From an uncultured Lachnospiraceae bacterium (GTDB lineage Bacteria; Bacillota; Clostridia; Lachnospirales; Lachnospiraceae): a DNA stretch of 64,000 bases. Under the pieces are notes generated by a model that had not been told where the DNA came from, did not search any database, and saw nothing but the letters and a program-made list of their open reading frames with translations. The first letter of the stretch is position 1. Every line of letters begins with the position of its first letter. Where the stretch lies: contig CARHSH010000001.1 in NCBI GenBank assembly GCA_948989975.1, positions 18,906-82,905 of the forward strand, read 5' to 3'. The position numbers and the translations under genes are program-made. This document shows, piece by piece, positions 39,754-49,153 of the stretch.

Positions 39754-40866
39754 ATGGCAATGGTAGTACAGCACAACCTTACAGCAATGAACGCAAACCG
39801 TCAGTTAGGCGTTACAACAAGCGGACAGTCCAAATCAACAGAGAAATTATCCACAGGTTACAGAATTAACCGCGCAGGCGATGACGCAGCAGGATTAAAA
39901 ATCTCTGAGAAAATGAGAAGCCAGATCCGCGGATTGAACAAAGCTTCTTCCAACGCGCAGGACGGCGTATCCCTTATCCAGACAGCAGAAGGCGCATTAA
40001 ACGAAGCGCACAGCATCCTTCAGAGAATGAATGAGCTTGCAGTTCAGGGCGCAAACGACACAAACCAAGGCATCGACCGTGACGCAATCAACCAGGAGTT
40101 AAGCGCGTTGACAGAAGAGCTTGACCGTATTTCTGAAACGACACAGTTCAATAAGCAGAGCCTGTTAGACGGAAGCTTCACAGGAAAGAACCTTCAGGTA
40201 GGCGCAAACCAGAACCAGAAGATTACAATCAACATTGCGGCAATGAACGCAGTGGCAATCGGAATCAAACCGACAGGCGTTGGCGGAACATCCGGATACC
40301 TGACAACAAATGAAGTTGTTAAGAATCAGAAGGTTGGCGTTGACAATTCTGCCGCTCTTAGAGGATCCATTGGTAAATTGGCAGCATGCAATGCTCAGGT
40401 AGCTCCAATCTACTCAGCAAACGCAGCAGGCAAACCATACTTCAAGACAGCAAATGGAACAATCACAACTGATTCTTCTGTAGTAAGAGCATCTGTTGAG
40501 AACTTGGCAAAATGCGCTGCGCAGATCTTCAAAGTGGCAACAAAGGCTGCAACAACAGTCAGCACGCCAAACGTAAGGGATTACCAGCAGGCAACAGGTA
40601 CCATCACAATGGTACAGAACGCAATCAACAATGTATCCAGCCAGAGATCCGCTCTTGGCGCATTACAGAACAGATTAGAGCACACGATTGCAAACTTAGA
40701 CAACGTATCTGAGAATACACAGGCAGCAGAATCCCGTATCCGTGATACAGATATGGCTTCTGAAATGGTAGAATACAGCAAGAACAACATTCTTGCGCAG
40801 GCTGGACAGTCTATGTTAGCTCAGGCAAACCAGTCAAATCAGGGTGTATTATCATTATTACAGTAA
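39754..40866 (+). CDS. fliC: Flagellin (FliC/Hag), copy 1
   Basis: MAMVVQHNLTAMNANRQLG... flagellin N and C domains. The ATG at 39754 follows AAGGAGGAAAAA. The track ORF start at 39679 is an upstream in-frame extension. Confidence 0.9.
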   Translation: MAMVVQHNLTAMNANRQLGVTTSGQSKSTEKLSTGYRINRAGDDAAGLKISEKMRSQIRGLNKASSNAQDGVSLIQTAEGALNEAHSILQRMNELAVQGANDTNQGIDRDAINQELSALTEELDRISETTQFNKQSLLDGSFTGKNLQVGANQNQKITINIAAMNAVAIGIKPTGVGGTSGYLTTNEVVKNQKVGVDNSAALRGSIGKLAACNAQVAPIYSANAAGKPYFKTANGTITTDSSVVRASVENLAKCAAQIFKVATKAATTVSTPNVRDYQQATGTITMVQNAINNVSSQRSALGALQNRLEHTIANLDNVSENTQAAESRIRDTDMASEMVEYSKNNILAQAGQSMLAQANQSNQGVLSLLQ

Positions 40867-40883
40867 TATTGAATTATTTAATA

Positions 40884-40916
40884 AAAAGAGCCGATGGAAA
40901 TCGGCTCTTTTTTTCA
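40884..40916 (+). terminator. Terminator after flagellin 1
   Basis: GAGCCGA-TGGAAA-TCGGCTC plus T8. Confidence 0.7.
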
Positions 40917-40927
40917 TATTTTTGATA

Positions 40928-40954
40928 TAAAGTATTTTATAAAATGCCCGATAT
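40928..40954 (+). promoter_or_regulatory. Sigma28-type promoter for flagellin 2 (TAAA-N15-CCCGATAT)
   Basis: TAAAGTATTTTATAAAATGCCCGATAT. Confidence 0.6.
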
Positions 40955-41047
40955 AATAAATAGGTGACAGAAATCATGTTACTTATTAAAGAGTGGGTTT
41001 TTGAATGGAGCGTACGGCCGGAAAAAAACACTATGAATCAAAATCAT

Positions 41048-41079
41048 GCAGCAAGGAAGCTGCAGTAAATTCAAGGAGG
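41048..41079 (+). promoter_or_regulatory. CsrA-binding leader elements (BS1 hairpin plus BS2/SD) of flagellin 2
   Basis: Identical to the copy 1 leader. Confidence 0.5.
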
Positions 41080-41087
41080 AAAAAATT

Positions 41088-42200
41088 ATGGCAATGGTAG
41101 TACAGCACAACCTTACAGCAATGAACGCAAACCGTCAGTTAGGCGTTACAACAAGCGGACAGTCCAAATCAACAGAGAAATTATCCACAGGTTACAGAAT
41201 TAACCGCGCAGGCGATGACGCAGCAGGATTAAAAATCTCTGAGAAAATGAGAAGCCAGATCCGCGGATTGAACAAAGCTTCTTCCAACGCGCAGGACGGC
41301 GTATCCCTTATCCAGACAGCAGAAGGCGCATTAAACGAAGCGCACAGCATCCTTCAGAGAATGAATGAGCTTGCAGTTCAGGGCGCAAACGACACAAACC
41401 AAGGCATCGACCGTGACGCAATCAACCAGGAGTTAAGCGCGTTGACAGAAGAGCTTGACCGTATTTCTGAAACGACACAGTTCAATAAGCAGAGCCTGTT
41501 AGACGGAAGCTTCACAGGAAAGAACCTTCAGGTAGGCGCAAACCAGAACCAGAAGATTACAATCAACATTGCGGCAATGAACGCAGTGGCAATCGGAATC
41601 AAACCGACAGGCGTTGGCGGAACATCCGGATACCTGACAACAAATGAAGTTGTTAAGAATCAGAAGGTTGGCGTTGACAATTCTGCCGCTCTTAGAGGAT
41701 CCATTGGTAAATTGGCAGCATGCAATGCTCAGGTAGCTCCAATCTACTCAGCAAACGCAGCAGGCAAACCATACTTCAAGACAGCAAATGGAACAATCAC
41801 AACTGATTCTTCTGTAGTAAGAGCATCTGTTGAGAACTTGGCAAAATGCGCTGCGCAGATCTTCAAAGTGGCAACAAAGGCTGCAACAACAGTCAGCACG
41901 CCAAACGTAAGGGATTACCAGCAGGCAACAGGTACCATCACAATGGTACAGAACGCAATCAACAATGTATCCAGCCAGAGATCCGCTCTTGGCGCATTAC
42001 AGAACAGATTAGAGCACACGATTGCAAACTTAGACAACGTATCTGAGAATACACAGGCAGCAGAATCCCGTATCCGTGATACAGATATGGCTTCTGAAAT
42101 GGTAGAATACAGCAAGAACAACATTCTTGCGCAGGCTGGACAGTCTATGTTAGCTCAGGCAAACCAGTCAAATCAGGGTGTATTATCATTGTTACAGTAA
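41088..42200 (+). CDS. fliC: Flagellin (FliC/Hag), copy 2, identical to copy 1
   Basis: Protein identical to copy 1 from MAMVVQ onward. The duplicated unit is ~1334 bp. Confidence 0.9.
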   Translation: MAMVVQHNLTAMNANRQLGVTTSGQSKSTEKLSTGYRINRAGDDAAGLKISEKMRSQIRGLNKASSNAQDGVSLIQTAEGALNEAHSILQRMNELAVQGANDTNQGIDRDAINQELSALTEELDRISETTQFNKQSLLDGSFTGKNLQVGANQNQKITINIAAMNAVAIGIKPTGVGGTSGYLTTNEVVKNQKVGVDNSAALRGSIGKLAACNAQVAPIYSANAAGKPYFKTANGTITTDSSVVRASVENLAKCAAQIFKVATKAATTVSTPNVRDYQQATGTITMVQNAINNVSSQRSALGALQNRLEHTIANLDNVSENTQAAESRIRDTDMASEMVEYSKNNILAQAGQSMLAQANQSNQGVLSLLQ

Positions 42201-42217
42201 TATTGAATTATTTAATA

Positions 42218-42250
42218 AAAAAGAGCCGGCGTTTGCCGGTTCTTTTTTAT
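42218..42250 (+). terminator. Terminator after flagellin 2
   Basis: GAGCCGGC-GTTT-GCCGGTTC plus T6. Confidence 0.65.
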
Positions 42251-42258
42251 ATAAAATC

Positions 42259-42392
42259 TAAAGTTTTTGTATGTATGTCCGATATATACTATAATGAAAT
42301 CAACATTTTTAAAATCTATTGTAGCAAGGAAGCTGCGCCAAATTCAGGGAGGAAAATTCATGGCATTCAAAATCTGGAATTATTTTACCTAA
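42259..42392 (+). pseudogene. Remnant of a third flagellin gene: intact sigma28 promoter (TAAA-N15-TCCGATAT), degenerate CsrA leader, and an ATG followed by a 10-codon frame
   Basis: Alignable to the flagellin leaders (gcaaggaagctgc..aaattcagggaggaaaat..atggca). The ORF collapses after MAFKIWNYFT. Confidence 0.5.
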
Positions 42393-42425
42393 GTATAATT
42401 GAACATTGAATAAGAAAAATATAGG

Positions 42426-42453
42426 TTGACAAATGTCAGCTTTTTATTATAAT
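42426..42453 (+). promoter_or_regulatory. Consensus sigmaA-type promoter (TTGACA-N16-TATAAT) upstream of the maf operon
   Basis: Perfect hexamers, read directly. Confidence 0.45.
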
Positions 42454-42491
42454 ACAAAAAAATATTGCTGGGCAATATGGAGGGGTATAGT

Positions 42492-42833
42492 ATGGAGGAA
42501 TTTTCAAATTTATTGTGGCACAATATTGAAATTGTTCAGTGCATTTGTAATAAAATCGAGAATCAGGAAGCGTACATTGAGGATATTCGGGGATACCTTC
42601 CTTCTCTTAATCAAATGATTACATCAATATTTACAAATATGCAGCAAGGGCAAATTTCTTTGGAATTGAATCAAGGCTTTATTATTCAGGCGCTAAATGA
42701 TATTCTATATGGAATAGAAAATGAAGATTCTGTATTTTTGCTTGATGTATTGCGATATGGGTTATTAGAAATTTATGGATACATAAGTAGTGAACTGCAA
42801 AGTGAGGGCTGTTATGAATCAGTTAATATATAA
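42492..42833 (+). CDS. Hypothetical small protein upstream of and overlapping maf
   Basis: ATG at 42492 after GGAGGGG; 113 aa; no recognisable motif. Confidence 0.35.
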   Translation: MEEFSNLLWHNIEIVQCICNKIENQEAYIEDIRGYLPSLNQMITSIFTNMQQGQISLELNQGFIIQALNDILYGIENEDSVFLLDVLRYGLLEIYGYISSELQSEGCYESVNI

Positions 42834-44712
42834 AAAAAATCTGGAGGCGTTAAATGCGAAATATCCTATATGGGCGGCTCTTATAGACGGGGTAAAACGT
42901 AAAAAACGAAATTTCAATGTTGAAGCAGAGCAGAGTTTCATGGGAGAAACTATTTTGAAAGTAACTCAAGATGGGAAAATGCGTTACTTAAATGGAAAAT
43001 ATGCTCCTTCGGCAGTAGTGGAACGTTGGTTTGAAAAACAGGGAAAAATAGAAGAATACGCGCCAATTGTGATAATAGGCATTTCAAATGGAGAACATAT
43101 ACGACAAATTATAGAACGCTCCCCAAAGACTTCTAATATTTTAATTTATGAGCCATCTTTTGAATTATTCCGCAGGGCGATGCAAGAAGTGGATTTAACA
43201 TTTCTCTTTGAGATGGATATTCCGGTAGGGATTATTGTTGAGGGATTAAATGAAGATGAGTTAGAAGCTTTCCTTTATTTATTTATATCTTATGACAATA
43301 TGGCTTTTCTTCGGTGGTATATTTCAGGGAATTATCAGGAATTATTTCCAAAAGAAGTGGAAGAATTTGTAGGACGTTTAAAGAATCATGTGTCACAAAT
43401 CCATATTGGCTGGAATACAAAATTACGTTATACAAATGTCAGGGCAGTAAATGTATTTGTCAATCTGCCATATTTAGCAGATGGATACAGCATTCGGGAA
43501 TTGTATGGAATGCTTCCGGAAGACGTTCCGGTTATTGTCGTTTCAGCAGGCCCATCTTTAAATAAAAACATTATGGAATTGAAAAAAGCAGTCGGGAAAG
43601 CCTGTATTATTTCAACAGATACTGCGATAAAGCCTCTCTTAAATGCAGGAATCGTGCCGAATTTCTTTATTATTATAGATGGGTTAAAGCCGGAAGTGCT
43701 ATTTCAACATAAGGATATATCTAAAGTTCCTATGGTGACTATGACGGCGGTTTCCACAGAGCCGATGTCATGCCATAAAGGGAAAAAATTCTTTTATGGC
43801 GCGGAGTCTGCATTTGAAGATGAACTTACGGGAGATATAAAGAGGAGCCGTGACGAAGACAGTGACAGAGTGATACCGTTTCTTGTAACTGGCGGTTCTG
43901 TTGCGACTTCGGCATATGCGCTGGGTTTAAATATGGGAGCTAAGACAGTGATATTAGTGGGTCAGGATCTTGCAATGACCGGGAATAAAACGCATGCAGA
44001 CGGTACATTTCAGGCGCAGATGGATCAGATTGACAAAAATAGCGGCGAATACTTTGAAGTGGAAGCTATAGATGGCGGCAAGGTTTTGACGAGACTTGAT
44101 TTTGATATGTACCGTAAATGGTTTGAAGACCATTTTAAGCAGTGGAATCATGTCACAGTCGTAGATGCGACAGAAGGCGGAGCATTAATTCATGGAACGA
44201 AAGTAATGACTTTAAAAAAGGCAGTTCAAAAATATTGTGTGCATGAATTTAATGTAAAGTGGCATACGGATCGCTGCAAAAAATTATTTCAAGATGAACA
44301 GCGGGAAGTTGTGTTGGATTATTTTGCAAATTCCCTAAAAAAATTACAGGAAGTGAAGAAAAAAGCGACAGAAGGGATTCGTTTCTATGAACGTCTGGAG
44401 AAGATGGCGAAAAAAAGCTCGGTATCAGATCAGGAGCTTGGAAAGGCTTTGAAAAAAATCAAGAAATTAAATCATTATATGGAAACTGACTATATGGCGC
44501 GCACTGTTATGGATAGTTTAGATGGTCTAAATTTTACGTTAAGGCCGCTTGCTTATCAATTAAGAGAGGATAAACGGAGCGAGCTTTTAGATGTGGCTAG
44601 TCAGGGAAAAGTGCTACTTTACGGGGTGGCAGTTGCAGTAGATGAAGTATCTGAGATAGCGGAAAAGACGATTGTGCAGTACGCCAATTCCAACAGGACG
44701 AAACGGAAATAA
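42814..44712 (+). CDS. maf: Motility accessory factor Maf (DUF115 / MptE-like), a putative flagellin nonulosonic/heptose glycosyltransferase
   Basis: VIVVSAGPSLNKNI...ISTDTA core typical of DUF115. It lies directly downstream of the flagellins. Confidence 0.6.
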   Translation: MNQLIYKKNLEALNAKYPIWAALIDGVKRKKRNFNVEAEQSFMGETILKVTQDGKMRYLNGKYAPSAVVERWFEKQGKIEEYAPIVIIGISNGEHIRQIIERSPKTSNILIYEPSFELFRRAMQEVDLTFLFEMDIPVGIIVEGLNEDELEAFLYLFISYDNMAFLRWYISGNYQELFPKEVEEFVGRLKNHVSQIHIGWNTKLRYTNVRAVNVFVNLPYLADGYSIRELYGMLPEDVPVIVVSAGPSLNKNIMELKKAVGKACIISTDTAIKPLLNAGIVPNFFIIIDGLKPEVLFQHKDISKVPMVTMTAVSTEPMSCHKGKKFFYGAESAFEDELTGDIKRSRDEDSDRVIPFLVTGGSVATSAYALGLNMGAKTVILVGQDLAMTGNKTHADGTFQAQMDQIDKNSGEYFEVEAIDGGKVLTRLDFDMYRKWFEDHFKQWNHVTVVDATEGGALIHGTKVMTLKKAVQKYCVHEFNVKWHTDRCKKLFQDEQREVVLDYFANSLKKLQEVKKKATEGIRFYERLEKMAKKSSVSDQELGKALKKIKKLNHYMETDYMARTVMDSLDGLNFTLRPLAYQLREDKRSELLDVASQGKVLLYGVAVAVDEVSEIAEKTIVQYANSNRTKRK

Positions 44713-44792
44713 TAGGATCACATGATACAGGGCATTACAAAAAGCAGCGGGCGGCTGAAAATCAAATTTCAGCCGCCCGCGTTATGTATCTT

Positions 44793-45776
44793 TTATTTTA
44801 GGTACTTGAACCAATCTTCCGTGGCATCGACAATGGTATCCGGCGTCCATACAGGAGCTTTCCGCCAATAGTCAATGTTTTCAAGGACTTTGCTAACGCC
44901 ATCTTCAAATGAGATTTTAGGCTCCCATCCCAGAACATCATGAATTTTTGAAGTGTCAGCAAATGTGCAGTCGGGTTCTCCGGGTCTTTTTGGGATATTT
45001 GTGATTTCACCGCCCAATAGTTCACACAGCCTGTTTATAGAGTAGGTTCCTCCGCTTCCAACGTTGAATGTGTCTTGTTTGATATCCGACATAGCGGCTG
45101 TATAAAAAGCGTCGACAATATCTGTTACATATGTAAAGTCCCTTGTTTGAGTTCCATCTCCTACAACGGTAAATGGTTTGTTGGCTAGTTTTTGGGCTAA
45201 AAATACGCCAAATACAGCCCCATAAGTGCCGGAAGTCCTCGATCTTGTGCCATATACGTTGAATAGTCTCAAAGTAATCACAGGAAGACCGTAGACTTGC
45301 CCCCAGTGCAAGATGGTTTCTTCCCCTAATCTTTTTGTAAGGGCATAAGGATACTGTGGCCTGATTTCGGCTGTTTCTCTGGTAGGGTATTGGTCAGGAA
45401 TGCCATAACAGGAAGATGAAGCGGCATAAAGCAGCTTTTTGATATTTGTGTTTTTCGCGCATTCCACTACATTAAACGTTCCTAGGACATTAGAGGAGTA
45501 ATAATCTTGAGGCCTCTGAATAGATGGAACGATGTCGGCTAATGCCGCAAAGTGGAAAATGTAGTCCACATCTTTAAAAATAGGCTGGATTTCCTCCTTA
45601 TTTCGAATGTCCATTTGATAGATGCTGAGATTTTTGTGGCCTTTGAGGTGATCTAGGTTTTCTAATCTTCCAGTGCTTAAATTATCAATTACGCGGACGT
45701 CATGCCCTTCAGATAAAAGCCTATCCACCATATGGGAGCCAATAAATCCGCACCCGCCTGTAACCAGTGACGTCAT
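44793..45776 (-). CDS. NAD-dependent SDR epimerase/dehydratase (nucleotide-sugar)
   Basis: TGGCGFIGSH Rossmann motif, YALTK catalytic dyad, VIDNLSTG. Confidence 0.7.
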   Translation of the reverse strand: MTSLVTGGCGFIGSHMVDRLLSEGHDVRVIDNLSTGRLENLDHLKGHKNLSIYQMDIRNKEEIQPIFKDVDYIFHFAALADIVPSIQRPQDYYSSNVLGTFNVVECAKNTNIKKLLYAASSSCYGIPDQYPTRETAEIRPQYPYALTKRLGEETILHWGQVYGLPVITLRLFNVYGTRSRTSGTYGAVFGVFLAQKLANKPFTVVGDGTQTRDFTYVTDIVDAFYTAAMSDIKQDTFNVGSGGTYSINRLCELLGGEITNIPKRPGEPDCTFADTSKIHDVLGWEPKISFEDGVSKVLENIDYWRKAPVWTPDTIVDATEDWFKYLK

Positions 45777-46336
45777 ATACTGTTTCCTTCCTTTCTTTCT
45801 AATATTTTAATAAAGTCCCTCAAATCTTTCAATGTATAATCGGGAACTACTATTTCTTCTAGGCGCGCAACTCCATAACCGGAATCAAGCAATACCGTTT
45901 TTAAGTTCGCATTTTCGCCAAGCCGTATATCACATGCGCGATCTCCAACTACATAAGAGCCATTCATAGTTATTTGAAAATCTGAACAGGCTTTTTCTAA
46001 CATACCTATAGCGGGTTTGCGGCAATTACAATTAAAGGCATAGCCTTGTATCACGCCTTTTTGATGATGTGGGCAGTAATACACAGCATCAACTCCTGTC
46101 TCTTGTATGAGATATTGATTCATGGAGAGAAGCGTTTCTTCCGTGAAATAACCGCGCGCAATCCCGCTTTGGTTAGAAACGACAATCGCATAGTAACCAT
46201 AAGTATGTATTTTTTCTATACAGCTTTTGGAGTATGGGAAAATTTCCAGCTCATTTGTGGAACGGATATAGCTTTTTTCTTTAGTAAGAACGCCATCTCT
46301 ATCAAGGAAAATAGCGGGTTTTGCTTTCTTTTTCAA
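45773..46336 (-). CDS. gmhB: D-glycero-D-manno-heptose 1,7-bisphosphate phosphatase GmhB (HAD-IIIA)
   Basis: IFLDRDGVL DxDxT motif; 187 aa; overlaps neighbours by 4 nt. Confidence 0.65.
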   Translation of the reverse strand: MKKKAKPAIFLDRDGVLTKEKSYIRSTNELEIFPYSKSCIEKIHTYGYYAIVVSNQSGIARGYFTEETLLSMNQYLIQETGVDAVYYCPHHQKGVIQGYAFNCNCRKPAIGMLEKACSDFQITMNGSYVVGDRACDIRLGENANLKTVLLDSGYGVARLEEIVVPDYTLKDLRDFIKILERKEGNSI

Positions 46337-46914
46337 ATGGATGCCCCTTCACTTTCTAATATCATATCTACTATTTGTTGTAAAATTAAATTATGGGCTG
46401 ATTCCACAATGCCATATTTACTGCAAGGAGTATAGACGTTAATATCGCCTAATTGCCTTGCCTTATTGTCAGGGCTAAAACCTGTAAATGTAATGACTTT
46501 TGCATTTTTTGCTTTGGCTGTTTGAATTGCATTGATAATATTTTGTGAATTGCCTGAACTGCTGATTGCCACGACTAAATCATCTTTTTTTACAAGAAAA
46601 TCCATTGGTTTTGAAAATATATATTCATAACCATAATCGTTGCCAATGCAGGTTGTCAAAGCGTTATCATACAGGTTATATGCGTTCATTTTTCCGTTTT
46701 TCATAAAATCTGCCGCCATATGGCTGGCAATGGCAGCGCTGCCGCCGTTTCCTACGAAAAAGAGATTTGAGCAGAAACGTTTATGTTCAAGAAAAACATC
46801 AAAAAGCATTTGGATGCCTTCTGTGTAGGTTTCGTGGTATGAACCGTCTTTTTTTTGTATTTTCGTTGATTCTAATGTTTGTATAAATGTGTTAATATAA
46901 TTATTTTGCAGCAT
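46333..46914 (-). CDS. gmhA: Sedoheptulose-7-phosphate isomerase GmhA (SIS domain)
   Basis: 193 aa; SIS motif FFVGNGGSAAIASHMAADF. Confidence 0.7.
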   Translation of the reverse strand: MLQNNYINTFIQTLESTKIQKKDGSYHETYTEGIQMLFDVFLEHKRFCSNLFFVGNGGSAAIASHMAADFMKNGKMNAYNLYDNALTTCIGNDYGYEYIFSKPMDFLVKKDDLVVAISSSGNSQNIINAIQTAKAKNAKVITFTGFSPDNKARQLGDINVYTPCSKYGIVESAHNLILQQIVDMILESEGASI

Positions 46915-47523
46915 AATAATCGCTTCTTTCTGATAATTATTTATAATGTATTAGTATATCACAGGAGTATAGCATGTAACAAGAATTTTTTGTAATGATT
47001 CCTGTTATTGATTTCTGTTATAAATAATAGAAATGGTTAGAATGAAATAATTCGTAAATGATTGTATTTAATATGTATAAAGTTAAATTAAGGATAAGCC
47101 GATAAAAAGAATAAGAGTTAAATTGCGTTTTCTATCAGCATGGAAGCTGTATTTTATTCAGGGAGGAAGAAGAAATGACGAAAAGGAAAGACATGCAGCG
47201 AAAAATTGCATGGGGGGGGAAAATCAGAATCTACTAAAAAGTGGAAAAAAATTCAAACTTTATATGGATTATCTCAAGAGACGTTAGGGGCAATTTTTTT
47301 GTTGCCTTTTTTTTGGTGTCTGCCGTTTGATCCGGTTATGGCTTGTAAAGGATATAAGTGTGTTGGGATAAGAATGGATAAGAATTGTTGGAAGGACGCC
47401 TATGTTTGAAACAAAGACAGCATGGGAAACGCAGTGAATATACTACAATTCTTTTTTTGCGTTTTATAACATTTTTTGCAACAGAAGATAATATGCCAAA
47501 ATAGCTGGGAAGAAGGAATTAAA

Positions 47524-49104
47524 ATGAATTTAGAAGCTGAATTTGAACGGTTAAAAACATGTTCCCGTATTTTGATTTGGGGCGGCGGTTATCATACGAA
47601 AGAGGCGCTAAGGTTTTATAAATCTTTTTTTAGGGAACGGGACATACAGATTGTAGATAAGAATAAGGCAGGCCAAAGCATAGAAGGATATAAAATTATT
47701 GCTTCAGATGAAGCAGATTATTCGATTGATTATGTTGTGATTATGTCGTCAATATACCATGATGAAATTGAATATGCTTTGCGGAACAGACATGGTTATC
47801 AAGGGGCAGTGATAGGTTTATATGCGTTTCGGAGAGTTCTTTTAAAACTGGATTCATATGAAGAATGTATTGGGCATATGGAAGATTTTGTGTCTCATAT
47901 GGAACAAGGCATAGCAAGTTATTCTTACGACTATATATTTCAAGAAAACTATAGCGTATATAAAAAAATAAGGCTATATGCGTTTTGGGCGTCTTCTATT
48001 GGTGAATCAGTCCGGTATTTATCGGCATATTATGAAACTGTTTTTAAGGATAAGGCAGAAGATGAATACTGCCTGTTAATTCCCTATATAAAAGGGAATG
48101 ATTTCGCGAATGGGCAATTTATAGAGGTTGTTTCCCGTACAGTTCCTATGGTTACATATTGCAACTGTCATTTTTGGGAGTATGCGGTGAAAAAGTACAG
48201 AGAGCGTTTTGATTTGACGTCTTATAATGAATTTAACGGTATTTTAGTGGATGCATATAATCAATTTGATGAACGGATTATAAACAGGACGTTTTGTGAT
48301 AAAAAGTTTCCTTTGATTGCCTATACGCCGGAAGAACGTAAGATGGCGGAATATAAATTAAGGCAAATGGGCGTTTTTGGAGATTTCGTGTGTATATTTG
48401 CAAGAGATAACCACTATTTGCAGCATCAGTATGGACAGGCTTATGGAATTAATGAAATAAGAAATATGGATATCAATTCTTTTAAATCTGCAGTGGATTA
48501 TTTGGAGGGACAGGGAGTAAAGGCAGTCCGCATGGGAAAAGTTGTCAACGGGCCGGTCAATCTGCCAAACTGCATAGATTATGCGGCGGATTTCCATAGC
48601 GACTTTATGGATTTATATTTATGCGGTAATTGCAAGTTTTATGCAGGGAGTTTGTCTGGGATTGTTGCGCTTGCCCAGCTTCAAAGCGCGCCTGTGGTTT
48701 TGCTCGGGGTGGTTCAGCTGGGGATTCACAATTCAATACCATATAGGAGCAGAGATATTTACGTCCCAAAGAAAATATATGACAAAAATAAGAAACGTTT
48801 TTTAAATTTTACGGAAATATGGGATGCGGAAATGGCCGCTAAGGACAAAATATCAAAATATTATGGGGAACACGGGCTTGAGTTTATAGAGCTTGGCAAA
48901 GAAGAAATAAAAGAAGCGATAGTGGAGATGAACGATAAATTAGATGGAGTGTATCAGGAAGACGAACAGGAAAAAGAACTTCAAAAGAAATATCATTTGC
49001 TGTTGGAAAACTGGATATTAGAGAATGGATACCAGTATTCTTATTTCTTGCATATTGACATAAGCGGCAGTTTTATTAAAAAGAATACATTTATGCTTGC
49101 ATAG
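47524..49104 (+). CDS. Hypothetical glycan-biosynthesis protein (526 aa; possible unusual glycosyltransferase)
   Basis: First gene of a long plus-strand operon. N-terminal ILIWGGGYHTKEAL...IVD Rossmann-like segment. The more likely start is MNLEAEFERL at 47524. Confidence 0.3.
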   Translation: MNLEAEFERLKTCSRILIWGGGYHTKEALRFYKSFFRERDIQIVDKNKAGQSIEGYKIIASDEADYSIDYVVIMSSIYHDEIEYALRNRHGYQGAVIGLYAFRRVLLKLDSYEECIGHMEDFVSHMEQGIASYSYDYIFQENYSVYKKIRLYAFWASSIGESVRYLSAYYETVFKDKAEDEYCLLIPYIKGNDFANGQFIEVVSRTVPMVTYCNCHFWEYAVKKYRERFDLTSYNEFNGILVDAYNQFDERIINRTFCDKKFPLIAYTPEERKMAEYKLRQMGVFGDFVCIFARDNHYLQHQYGQAYGINEIRNMDINSFKSAVDYLEGQGVKAVRMGKVVNGPVNLPNCIDYAADFHSDFMDLYLCGNCKFYAGSLSGIVALAQLQSAPVVLLGVVQLGIHNSIPYRSRDIYVPKKIYDKNKKRFLNFTEIWDAEMAAKDKISKYYGEHGLEFIELGKEEIKEAIVEMNDKLDGVYQEDEQEKELQKKYHLLLENWILENGYQYSYFLHIDISGSFIKKNTFMLA

Positions 49105-49153
49105 CATTCTGGCGGGAACAAAATTTGATGAATAAACAGGGGGAATTTGAATT

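Noticed and set aside
42203-42409. 68-aa ORF spanning the flagellin relic
   Set aside because: Starts inside the flagellin-2 terminator; it reads through degenerate promoter/leader DNA in a different frame from the relic ATG.
47080-47110. TAAA...GCCGATAA sigma28-like motif upstream of the glycan operon
   Set aside because: Spacer is ~10 nt rather than 15, so it does not fit sigma28 geometry.
47206-47409. 67-aa ORF in an AT-rich intergenic region
   Set aside because: No RBS, odd composition, lies in a probable promoter region of the 47524 operon.
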